From: a bacterium
GTDB taxonomy: Bacteria; Desulfobacterota; DSWW01
Assembly (NCBI GenBank): GCA_040756235.1
Contig: JBFLZG010000122.1
Location: 1 to 64,000 of the forward strand
DNA: 64,000 bases
Reading direction: 5' to 3'
Below the pieces are notes generated by a model, which ran no database searches, was not told the origin of the DNA, and saw only the letters and a program-made list of their open reading frames with translations. The position numbers were made by a program, and so were the translations under genes. Positions 28,826-36,913 of this stretch are shown one piece after another. How positions within the stretch are numbered: position 1 is the stretch's first letter; every line of letters begins with the position of its first letter.

Positions 28826-29548
28826 TCAGAGCAATCCGCGGTTTGTCAGGAATCCTCTCAGCAAGCCGCGCAGGAAGTCACGATCCTCTGCTTGCGCGAG
28901 AGTATCCAGGCTCGCTCCGGCCTGCTTCGCATCGAGCCGGCCTGCCGCACAGAGAGCCTCGATGCCTTCCCTGACCACCTGGGAGTCGAATTCCGGGTGT
29001 CCCTGGAGGCACAGAATGAAAGGCCCGACGGAGAACATCTCGTACGCGGTCTTTTCCCCCCGCCCGAGAGGGACCGCGTCCGGAGGCAGGCGTGTGACCG
29101 CATCCTGGTGGAATTCCAGGATGCGGACCGGATCGGGCGCGGCGCGGAGCTCGGGCAGAGCTTTCGCCTGGTCGGTGAGACGGACGGCCCGGACGCCGAT
29201 CTCCCATCCCAGCGCGTTGCGCGCGACCCTGCCGCCGAGCGCTTCGGCCACGAGCTGGTGCCCGAAGCAGATGCCGATGAGCGGCTGACCGCGGTCACGG
29301 ATCCGGCGCACGCAGTCCATCAGCCGCCGGATCCAGGGCAGAGGGTCGCCGACCGAGTGCCGGCTGCCGGTGATGACAAACCCGTCGTACTCCGCAAGAT
29401 CGTCCGGGAACCTGCCGTGCTCCACGTCGTGGACATGCCATGTTTCTCCGTCTCCCGAGAGGAGATCGATCATCATCCTGCCGTAATCGCCCTTGCGCCG
29501 GCGCGTGGCCGGGTTCGCCCTGCCGGCCTGAAATATGGAAAAGCGCAT
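28826..29548 (-). CDS. Class I glutamine amidotransferase-like protein (GATase1, GMP-synthase-type)
   Basis: GICFGHQLVAEALGG is the catalytic Cys in the G-x-C-x-G context. The His-Glu pair lies near LQGHPEF. Confidence 0.7.
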   Translation of the reverse strand: MRFSIFQAGRANPATRRRKGDYGRMMIDLLSGDGETWHVHDVEHGRFPDDLAEYDGFVITGSRHSVGDPLPWIRRLMDCVRRIRDRGQPLIGICFGHQLVAEALGGRVARNALGWEIGVRAVRLTDQAKALPELRAAPDPVRILEFHQDAVTRLPPDAVPLGRGEKTAYEMFSVGPFILCLQGHPEFDSQVVREGIEALCAAGRLDAKQAGASLDTLAQAEDRDFLRGLLRGFLTNRGLL

Positions 29549-29756
29549 GCGCTCACCCTCTCAATGTAGAGCCTGTCCCAACAGGCTCGATTTCAGAGGC
29601 TGTTCAAAAATGCCCAGATGCAAGGCGCACGAAGTCCTGAAGAACGAGGCGTACATGGAAGTACGCCGCAGTGACGAAGGACGAGTGCAACGCCGCAGAT
29701 GGGCGTTTTGGGACAGCCTCTAATGTAAACCCCAATTTGATGGTGAGACAGATTGT

Positions 29757-29856
29757 CACCCCTCACCTTGGTCCTCTCCCCTCGGAGGGGAGAGGAAAGA
29801 GCCGACCCAGCAATACCCTCGCCCCCCTTAGGGGGAGAGGGCCAGGGTGAGGGGGC
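29757..29856. repeat. Palindromic repeat family B copy
   Basis: cacccctcaccttggtcctctcccctcggaggggagagg...agggccagggtgaggggg. It sits immediately after a family C copy at 29685-29720. Confidence 0.6.
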
Positions 29857-29891
29857 CGCAGCCCGCATGCAAATTCATTCATGCGTCCGTA

Positions 29892-30557
29892 TTAGAAGGA
29901 TGATCCGGGCTCCCGCAGAAAGGCGATCTCCTCGGGCGTGGACGGCCTGCCGAGAATTGCGTTTCTGTGAGGAAAACGGTGGAACCGCTCGACGATGGCC
30001 GCGTGCCTCTCGGCATAGTCCGCGCTCATGGCGAGGAAGCTCGTGAAGGGAGACCGGTCGATGCGGGCGAGCCGGGCCAGGCTCTCGAAGAGACCTCGAG
30101 ACTGCCGCTGCACTTCCACCGACTCCGCGTGCATGAGCGGCATGTACAGGAACATGCGCTCCATGAGGGAAAGCGCGTGGTCCTGACCGCCCCGGATCGC
30201 CTGTAGAGAAGTTTCCAGGGCCAGGGGGTCTGTCGCGAAAGCCTTGGGCGTGCCCCGGTACATGTTGCGCGGGAACTGGTCCGTGAGGATCACGAGGGCC
30301 AGGCTGCCGTCCGAGCTGTTCGCCCAGTGCCTGTACTCCCCTCGAACCGCCCGCTCGAGGTGCTCTTCGAACCGCTCGCGGATCTCTCGGTCCGTGGATT
30401 CGTCCTTGCCGAACCAGCGGCGAGCGACCGCCGAATCCGCTTCGAGCGGGCTCTTTTCGCTCAGCCCTTCGAACCAGTAATCCAGGATAGACTCCGGGAT
30501 GGCCTCGGCTCCCGGGACGGCCTTTGGAGAGTCCTTGAGCTTCCCTTGCCTCATCAT
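29892..30557 (-). CDS. DUF924 family protein
   Basis: ILDYWF..., LALVILTDQFPRNMYRGTP, FLYMPLMHAES and the C-terminal RFHRFPHRNAILGRPSTPEEIAFL are the conserved DUF924 blocks. Start at M20/M21 of ORF 29892..30614. Confidence 0.7.
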   Translation of the reverse strand: MMRQGKLKDSPKAVPGAEAIPESILDYWFEGLSEKSPLEADSAVARRWFGKDESTDREIRERFEEHLERAVRGEYRHWANSSDGSLALVILTDQFPRNMYRGTPKAFATDPLALETSLQAIRGGQDHALSLMERMFLYMPLMHAESVEVQRQSRGLFESLARLARIDRSPFTSFLAMSADYAERHAAIVERFHRFPHRNAILGRPSTPEEIAFLREPGSSF

Positions 30558-30823
30558 CCGGCAGATCCTCCTCCATGGGTGTTCTATTGGATGGATGCAG
30601 CGGCTTGCGGACACGCTTCCGTATGCGTTGCGATGTTTCCTTGACGCAGCGGCCGCGGCTTTTCTATACTGCTCTTTCCTTTCATCTCCTTTTGTTTTCT
30701 ATTCTTTCTCTTGTTGCTATTCCCCAGTACTGGCGCGCCCGCCGCAAGGGAAACGCTCCGCGAGCGCGCTCCGATCACAGGGAGCTTTTTTGTCTTTTCC
30801 CCCAATCAGGAGCCGAACGGACG

Positions 30824-33800
30824 ATGGCAAACCGGCAGGACCCTTCTGGCAGAGGAGAGCGATCTGCGCGGGAAGGTAAGGTCAAGAAGAGAGCGCAGGG
30901 GCAGAATAAGGAAATGTTCGCCCTGCCCATGGAGCAAGGGCGGACGGCGCTGCTGGCATCGATCGTCGATTCCTCCGACGACGCCATCTTCGGCAAGACG
31001 CTCGAAGGGGTGATTACGAGCTGGAACCGCGCCGCTGAATCGATGTACGGGTACCTGGCGGAGGAAATGATCGGCAGACCGGCCTCGGTCCTCCTCCCTC
31101 CGGACCGGCCGCGCGAGATGGAAGAAATCCTGGATCAGATCCGCAAGGGCGCGCGCGTCGAGCATTACGAGACGCTGCGCCGGCGCAAGGACGGCACCCT
31201 GATCCATGTCTCGCTCACCGTTTCGCCGATCCACGACACGACAGACGGGCTCATTGGCGCCTCCTCGATTGCCAGGGACATCTCGGAAAGGAAACGCATC
31301 GATGAGCAGCTGCAGGCGACCTCCAAGTATGCCCGGAGCCTGATCGAGGCCAGTCTCGACCCGCTGGTCACGATCAGCCCGGAAGGGAAGATCACGGACG
31401 TCAACGAGGCCACGATCAAGGTCACGGGCAGAGACCGGGAACGGCTCATCGGCACGGACTTCTCCGACTACTTCACCGAGCCGGAAAATGCCCGTCGAGG
31501 CTATGAGCAGGTTTTCGCCAAGGGGTTTGTCACCGACTATCCGCTCACCATCCGCCACAGCGACGGGCGGCTCACGGAAGTGCTCTACAACGCCTCGGTG
31601 TACCGGGACGTGCAGGGCAACGTGCTGGGCGTGTTCGCCGCGGCGCGCGACGTGACGGCCCAGCGCCAGGCCGCGCAGTATGCCCGGAGCCTGATCGAGG
31701 CCAGTCTCGATCCGCTGCTCACCATCAACCCGGAAGGAAAGATCACGGACGTCAACGAGGCGACCGTGAAGGTGACCGGGGTGCCTCCCGACCAACTCAT
31801 CGGCACGGATTTTTCCGACTATTTCACCGAGCCCGACAGGGCCGGAGAGGGATACCGGCAAGTCTTCGAGAAAGGGTTTGTCACCGACTATCCGCTCACC
31901 ATCCGCCACCGTGACGGGCGGCTCACGGACGTGCTCTACAACGCCTCGGTGTACCGGGACGTGCAGGACGACGTGCTGGGGGTGTTTGCCGCGGCGCGCG
32001 ACGTGACGGCCCAGCGCCAGGCCGCGCAATATGCCCGGAGCCTGATCGAGGCGAGTCTCGATCCGCTGGTCACGATCAGCCCGGAAGGGAAGATCACGGA
32101 CGTGAACGAGGCCACCGTGAAGGTGACCGGGGTGCCTCGCGACAAGCTCATCGGGACCGACTTTTCCGACTATTTCACCGAGCCCGACAGGGCCGGAGAG
32201 GGGTACCGGCAAGTCTTCGAGAAAGGGTTTGTCACCGACTATCCGCTCACCATCCGCCACCGTGACGGGCGGCTCACGGACGTGCTCTACAACGCCTCGG
32301 TGTACCGGGACGTGCAGGACGACGTGCTGGGGGTGTTTGCCGCGGCGCGCGACGTGACGGCCCAGCGCCAGGCCGCGCAATATGCCCGGAGCCTGATCGA
32401 GGCGAGTCTCGATCCGCTGGTCACGATCAGCCCGGAAGGGAAGATCACGGACGTGAACGAGGCCACCGTGAAGGTGACCGGGGTGCCTCGTGACCCGCTG
32501 ATCGGCACCGACTTCTCCGACTATTTCACCGAGCCCGAGAAGGCCCGGGAAGGATACCGGCAGGTCTTCGAAAAAGGCTTTGTCACGGACTATGCCCTCA
32601 CCATCCGGCACCGGGACGGCAAGCTGGTCGACGTCCTCTACAACGCTTCGGTTTACAAGGATATCCGCGGCAACGTCCTGGGCGTCTTTGCCGCAGCCCG
32701 AGACGTGACCGAATCCAACCGCGTCATGCGCGAGTTCGCCGAGACCAAGAACTTCCTCGACAACATTCTGCAGAGCTCGACCAAGTACTCCATCATCGGC
32801 AAAGATCTCAACCGCCGCATCCTCTCCTGGAACGAGGGGGCACGGCGCAACTACGGCTACGAGGCGGAAGAGATTCTGGGCATCGACTCGAGCGTTCTGC
32901 ACACGCCGGAAGACATCCGCTCGGGAGCCGTGGATGCCATGCTCGCGATGGCCCACGAGAAGGGCCTGGCCGAGGCCGAGTTCACGCGCGTGCGCAAGGA
33001 CGGCTCGCGTTTTACCGCCAGCGTCGTGGTCACGCGCCGCAACCACGCTTCGGGCCGCCCCATCGGCTATCTGCTCATGAGCAACGACATCTCCGAGAAG
33101 AAACAAGCGGAGGAACAGCTCCGCCAGGCGTCGCAATACGCCCGCAGCCTGATCGAGGCGAGCCTCGACCCGCTGGTGACGATCAGCCCGCAAGGGAAGA
33201 TCACGGACGTCAACGAGGCCACCGTGAAGGTGACCGGGGTCCTGCGCGACAAGCTCATCGGCACGGACTTCTCCGACTACTTCACCGAGCCGGAAGAAGC
33301 GCGCGGCGGATACGAACAGGTCTTTGCCAGGGGGTTCGTCACCGATTATCCGCTCACCATCCGGCACAGGGACGGGCGGCTCCTGGATGTTCTGTACAAC
33401 GCCTCGGTGTACCGGGACATGCAAGACAATGTGCTGGGCGTATTCGCCGCGGCGCGCGACGTCACGGCCCAACGCCAGGCCGCACAGTATGCCCGCAGCC
33501 TGATCGAGGCGAGCCTCGATCCGCTGGTCACCATCAGCCCGCAAGGGAAGATCACGGACGTCAACGAGGCCACCGTGAAAGTGACCGGGGTGCCTCGCGA
33601 CCGGCTCATCGGCACCGATTTTTCCGACTACTTCACCGAGCCGGAAAACGCGCGCCGGGGATACGAGCAGGTTTTCGCCAAGGGGTTCGTCACCGACTAT
33701 CCCCTCACGATTCGCCATAAGGATGGGCGGCTCATGCCGGTGCTGTACAACGCCTCGGTGTACCGGGACGTGCAGGGCAATGTGCTGGGTGTCTTTGCCG

Positions 33801-34033
33801 CGGCGCGCGACGTCACGGCGCAGAAGGAGGCCGAGGCGAAGATCGCCGAGCAGCGCGCGCGCGAGGAGCAGCGCGCGCGCGAGCTCGAGCGCCTGGCGGA
33901 GCTGGAGAGGTTCCAAAAGCTGACCGTCGGACGCGAGCTCAAGATGATCGAGCTGAAGAAGGAGATCGAGGAGCTCAAGAGGGAGAACGAGCGGCTCCGC
34001 GATCCGAAATCCAACGGGAGGACGGAACCGTGA
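30824..34033 (+). CDS. Multi-PAS sensor protein (8 PAS domains, C-terminal coiled coil, no kinase domain), 1069 aa
   Basis: ATG 30824 is aa 84 of ORF 30575..34033 and is preceded by AGGAG. One divergent N-terminal PAS is followed by four tandem 117-aa PAS units, one divergent PAS and two more units. The C-terminus is EQRAREEQRARELERLAELERFQKLTVGRELKMIELKKEIEELKRENERLR. The TGA stop overlaps the GTG of the next gene (GTGA). Confidence 0.8.
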   Translation: MANRQDPSGRGERSAREGKVKKRAQGQNKEMFALPMEQGRTALLASIVDSSDDAIFGKTLEGVITSWNRAAESMYGYLAEEMIGRPASVLLPPDRPREMEEILDQIRKGARVEHYETLRRRKDGTLIHVSLTVSPIHDTTDGLIGASSIARDISERKRIDEQLQATSKYARSLIEASLDPLVTISPEGKITDVNEATIKVTGRDRERLIGTDFSDYFTEPENARRGYEQVFAKGFVTDYPLTIRHSDGRLTEVLYNASVYRDVQGNVLGVFAAARDVTAQRQAAQYARSLIEASLDPLLTINPEGKITDVNEATVKVTGVPPDQLIGTDFSDYFTEPDRAGEGYRQVFEKGFVTDYPLTIRHRDGRLTDVLYNASVYRDVQDDVLGVFAAARDVTAQRQAAQYARSLIEASLDPLVTISPEGKITDVNEATVKVTGVPRDKLIGTDFSDYFTEPDRAGEGYRQVFEKGFVTDYPLTIRHRDGRLTDVLYNASVYRDVQDDVLGVFAAARDVTAQRQAAQYARSLIEASLDPLVTISPEGKITDVNEATVKVTGVPRDPLIGTDFSDYFTEPEKAREGYRQVFEKGFVTDYALTIRHRDGKLVDVLYNASVYKDIRGNVLGVFAAARDVTESNRVMREFAETKNFLDNILQSSTKYSIIGKDLNRRILSWNEGARRNYGYEAEEILGIDSSVLHTPEDIRSGAVDAMLAMAHEKGLAEAEFTRVRKDGSRFTASVVVTRRNHASGRPIGYLLMSNDISEKKQAEEQLRQASQYARSLIEASLDPLVTISPQGKITDVNEATVKVTGVLRDKLIGTDFSDYFTEPEEARGGYEQVFARGFVTDYPLTIRHRDGRLLDVLYNASVYRDMQDNVLGVFAAARDVTAQRQAAQYARSLIEASLDPLVTISPQGKITDVNEATVKVTGVPRDRLIGTDFSDYFTEPENARRGYEQVFAKGFVTDYPLTIRHKDGRLMPVLYNASVYRDVQGNVLGVFAAARDVTAQKEAEAKIAEQRAREEQRARELERLAELERFQKLTVGRELKMIELKKEIEELKRENERLRDPKSNGRTEP
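31325..32728 (+). repeat. Intragenic tandem array: 4 x 351-bp near-identical PAS-coding units
   Basis: Units start near 31325, 31676, 32027 and 32378, each (A/S)QYARSLIEASLDPLVTISPEGKITDVNEAT...AAARDVTAQRQA. Long stretches of 100-250 bp are identical between neighbouring units in a mosaic pattern. The minus-strand shadow ORFs repeat at 351-bp spacing, confirming the period. Confidence 0.85.
33134..33835 (+). repeat. Intragenic tandem array: 2 further 351-bp PAS units of the same family
   Basis: Units begin near 33134 and 33485 (SQYARSLIEASLDPLVTISPQGKITDVNEAT...). They are separated from the first array by one divergent PAS (32729-33110). Confidence 0.8.
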
Positions 34034-34995
34034 CCTCGCGCACGGTCCAGGCGCGGAAGCGCATCGATCCCGAGGACTACACAAAGGCCGTTCTCAACAT
34101 CCTCGAGGACTTTGCCGGGGAGAAGGGGCGCTTCGAGGAGACGCAACGCGCGGTGCTCAACATTCTGGAAGACCTCGCCTCGGAAAAGGCCATGTTCGAA
34201 CAGACGCAGCGGGCCATGCTGAACCTGCTCGACGACTTCGGCATGGAGAGGGAGAAGACCCAAGCCGTAAACCTCGAGCTCAGGGACGCGATCGAATCGC
34301 TGCGCCGGGCGAAGGAGGCGGCCGACACGGCCAATCGCGAGCTCGAAGCGTTCGCCTATTCCGTTTCCCACGACCTGCGGGCGCCGCTGCGGAGCATCGC
34401 AGGCTTCGGACACATCCTGTATGAAGACTACTTCGATCGGCTCGACGAAGAGGCAAGAGACGGGCTCAGGCGGATCTTCGCCGCAACCGAAAAGATGGGG
34501 CGTCTGATCGATGATCTGCTGAACCTGTCGCGTGTCACGCGCGCCGAGATGAAGCGCGAACGCCTGAACCTGAGCGTCATGGTGCGCAAGATCGCCGAAG
34601 CCAAAAGGAGCGCCCAGCCGGAGCGCGCGGTCGAGCTCGTCATCGAAGACGGCCTGTTTGCCGAGGGCGACGATCATCTGCTGAATATCGTGCTCGAGAA
34701 CCTGCTGGAAAACGCCTGGAAATTCACCGGCCGGTGCCCGTGCGCGAAGATCCAGTTCGGATCCGCACAGAAGGACGGGGCGCTCGTGTTCTTCATCGAG
34801 GACAACGGCACCGGCTTCGACATGGCTTACTCGGAGAAGCTGTTCCAGCCGTTCCAGCGCCTCCATGCGATGAACGAGTTTCCGGGCACCGGCATCGGGC
34901 TGGCCACGGTCAAACGCATCATCGAACGCCATGGCGGCCGGGTGTGGATCGAAGGAGAGCTGGGAAAGGGAGCAACCGTGTACTTCGTACTATGA
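34030..34995 (+). CDS. Histidine kinase (HisKA + HATPase_c) with an N-terminal 3 x 21-aa repeat. No sensor or TM domain
   Basis: H-box is AYSVSHDLRAPLRSIAGF, N-box LENLLENAWKF, G1 IEDNGTGFD, G2 GTGIGLATVKRII. The GTG start overlaps the upstream stop. The N-terminus reads AVLNILEDFAGEKGRFEETQR / AVLNILEDLASEKAMFEQTQR / AMLNLLDDFGMEREKTQ. Confidence 0.8.
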   Translation: MTSRTVQARKRIDPEDYTKAVLNILEDFAGEKGRFEETQRAVLNILEDLASEKAMFEQTQRAMLNLLDDFGMEREKTQAVNLELRDAIESLRRAKEAADTANRELEAFAYSVSHDLRAPLRSIAGFGHILYEDYFDRLDEEARDGLRRIFAATEKMGRLIDDLLNLSRVTRAEMKRERLNLSVMVRKIAEAKRSAQPERAVELVIEDGLFAEGDDHLLNIVLENLLENAWKFTGRCPCAKIQFGSAQKDGALVFFIEDNGTGFDMAYSEKLFQPFQRLHAMNEFPGTGIGLATVKRIIERHGGRVWIEGELGKGATVYFVL

Positions 34996-35064
34996 TCCTC
35001 TCCGGGGGCATGTTTCAGGACGGCGAACAACGCCGGCGACCGCATACAGGGAGGCGGGAGAGAG

Positions 35065-35496
35065 ATGACGACCAAGCACATTCTTCTGGTAGAGGACAAC
35101 CCGGACGACGTGAAGCTGACCCTGAGGGCGCTCGAGAAGAGCCGCGTCGCCAACAGGGTGGACGTCGCCTCGGACGGCGTCGAGGCGCTGGATTATCTCT
35201 ACGGCACGGGCAAATTCGAAGGCCGCGACACGAGCGTCATGCCGCAGGTGATCCTGCTCGATCTCAAGATGCCGCGCATGGACGGGCTCGAGGTGCTGCG
35301 CCGCATACGTTCGGACGAGAGGACGAGGATCCTGCCCGTGGTCGTCCTGACCACGTCGAGCGAAGAGCGGGACCGGGTCGAGAGCTACAAGCTCGGCGCG
35401 AACAGCTACATCCGGAAGCCGGTGGACTTCAAGCAGTTTGCGGACTCGGTGCAGCAGCTGGGGCTCTACTGGCTGGTGTTGAACGAATCGCCTTGA
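35065..35496 (+). CDS. Single-domain response regulator (CheY-like receiver)
   Basis: ILLVEDNPDD carries the acidic pair. ILLDLKMPRMDG holds the phospho-acceptor Asp, and the YIRKP region has the conserved Lys. Confidence 0.8.
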   Translation: MTTKHILLVEDNPDDVKLTLRALEKSRVANRVDVASDGVEALDYLYGTGKFEGRDTSVMPQVILLDLKMPRMDGLEVLRRIRSDERTRILPVVVLTTSSEERDRVESYKLGANSYIRKPVDFKQFADSVQQLGLYWLVLNESP

Positions 35497-35555
35497 CAGC
35501 CCGGGCGCAGCGGCGGAGAGGAATCGGTTCATCGGGACGCGGAAGGCGAGAGATC

Positions 35556-36638
35556 ATGAGCAAGCAGCTTCGAGTACTCATCGTCGAAGATTCCGAGGAC
35601 GACACCCTGCTGCTCCTTCGCGAGCTGCGGCAAGGCGGGTATGACCCCGTATTCGAGCGCGTCGAGAGGGCCTCGTCGATGAAGGAGGCGCTCGAGAGGA
35701 AGAGATGGGACATCATCGTATCGGACTACGTCCTTCCGAGCTTCAGCGGTCTCGCGGCGCTGGTTATTCTCAAGGAGAGCGGCCTCGACCTGCCCTTCAT
35801 CATGATATCGGGCAAGATCGGCGAGGAAATCGCGGTCGGCGCCATGAAGGCAGGGGCGCACGACTACCTCGCGAAAAGCAATCTGAAGAGACTGGTCCCC
35901 GCAGTGGAGCGTGAGCTGCGCGAGGCCGAAGTGCGGCGCGAGCGCAAGCGCGCCCGGGAGCAATTGAGGGAATCCGAGAAAAGGCTGAGAGACCTCTCGT
36001 CCAAGCTCCTGGTCGCTCAGGAGATCGAAAGGAGAAGAATCGCAAGGGCGCTGCATGACAGCATCACGGCCTCCCTGAGCGCCCTCAAGTTTCGCATCGA
36101 AAGGATGATGCGCGAGTGGCCAGGGCCCGCTCAGGCGCAGCTCCGCGACCTTGTTTCGAGCGTCAAGGACATGGTTGAAGAGACGCGCAGGATCATGTCG
36201 GACCTGCGTCCCTCCATCCTGGATGACCTGGGAATCGTGCCTGCCCTGAACTGGTTCTGCCGGGAATTCGAGAAGACCTATTCGGGCATTGCGATCCTGA
36301 AGCAGATCGATGTAGAGGAGACGGACGTTCCCGATCCCTTGAGGACCCCCATCTTTCGGATTATCCAGGAGGCATTGAACAACGTCGCCAAGCACAGCAA
36401 AGCCGTTTCGGTGAGGCTCTCCCTTTCGAAATCCGACAGAGGGATCGATTTGAGCATCCGGGACGACGGCCAGGGTTTTCATCTCGATCCGAAAGCCCCT
36501 CCGAAAGAGTCGAGGACCGGTCTGGGGCTGGTCGGCATGAAAGAGCGGGCCGAGCTTTCCGGAGGCTCGATGGTCATTCAGTCTGCGATCGGCGCCGGAA
36601 CGGCGGTCCTCGTTTCCTGGCCCGATCTCGCGAAGTAG
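35556..36638 (+). CDS. Receiver-domain-fused HisKA_3-type sensor kinase (NarX/DesK/LiaS class)
   Basis: ATG 35556 is aa 275 of ORF 34734..36638. The N-terminal receiver is VLIVEDSEDD...IIVSDYVLP...LAKS. The H-box ARALHDSITASLSAL is HisKA_3. The ATPase domain includes QEALNNVAKHS and GLGLVGMKERAEL. Confidence 0.75.
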   Translation: MSKQLRVLIVEDSEDDTLLLLRELRQGGYDPVFERVERASSMKEALERKRWDIIVSDYVLPSFSGLAALVILKESGLDLPFIMISGKIGEEIAVGAMKAGAHDYLAKSNLKRLVPAVERELREAEVRRERKRAREQLRESEKRLRDLSSKLLVAQEIERRRIARALHDSITASLSALKFRIERMMREWPGPAQAQLRDLVSSVKDMVEETRRIMSDLRPSILDDLGIVPALNWFCREFEKTYSGIAILKQIDVEETDVPDPLRTPIFRIIQEALNNVAKHSKAVSVRLSLSKSDRGIDLSIRDDGQGFHLDPKAPPKESRTGLGLVGMKERAELSGGSMVIQSAIGAGTAVLVSWPDLAK

Positions 36639-36708
36639 GGGCGCTGCTTGCTGGGCCCTTGCGCTGAATCTCCTCACTCAGAGGCGAGAGGGGACATGAG
36701 ATGGACTT

Positions 36709-36747
36709 GGTAGGGTGGACAAAGCCGAAGGCCTGTCCACCAACCCC
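36709..36747. repeat. Palindromic REP-like element family D (ggtagggtggacaaagc...gtgtccaccaacc)
   Basis: Inverted repeat GGTGGACA...TGTCCACC. Other copies are at 38818-38856, 44732-44767, 44893-44928 and 45048-45084. Confidence 0.7.
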
Positions 36748-36913
36748 TGCTGAGCCCCCCGTAGGCGGACAAACCCGCAGGCGTATCCGCCAGGCATGGC
36801 TGATACGTCATTCCCGCCCAAAGCCGCCGCGGCGGCCGCGAGCCGCCGTCCCGAGCACAGCGAGGGACCTCACGAGGCGCAACGGGATTCCCGGTGCAGG
36901 GAGATCCCTCGCT

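Noticed and set aside
31325-33835. Regularly spaced near-identical repeats that could be mistaken for a CRISPR-like or satellite array
   Set aside because: The period is 351 bp with no short spacers, and it is entirely in-frame coding sequence for PAS domains. It is not a CRISPR array.
30806-34084. 1092-aa minus-strand ORF antisense to the multi-PAS gene, with repeated smaller minus ORFs at 351-bp spacing
   Set aside because: Arg/Gly/Asp/His-rich low-complexity translation typical of a GC-rich antisense frame. The plus strand has unambiguous PAS homology, and the periodic small ORFs merely mirror the coding tandem repeat.
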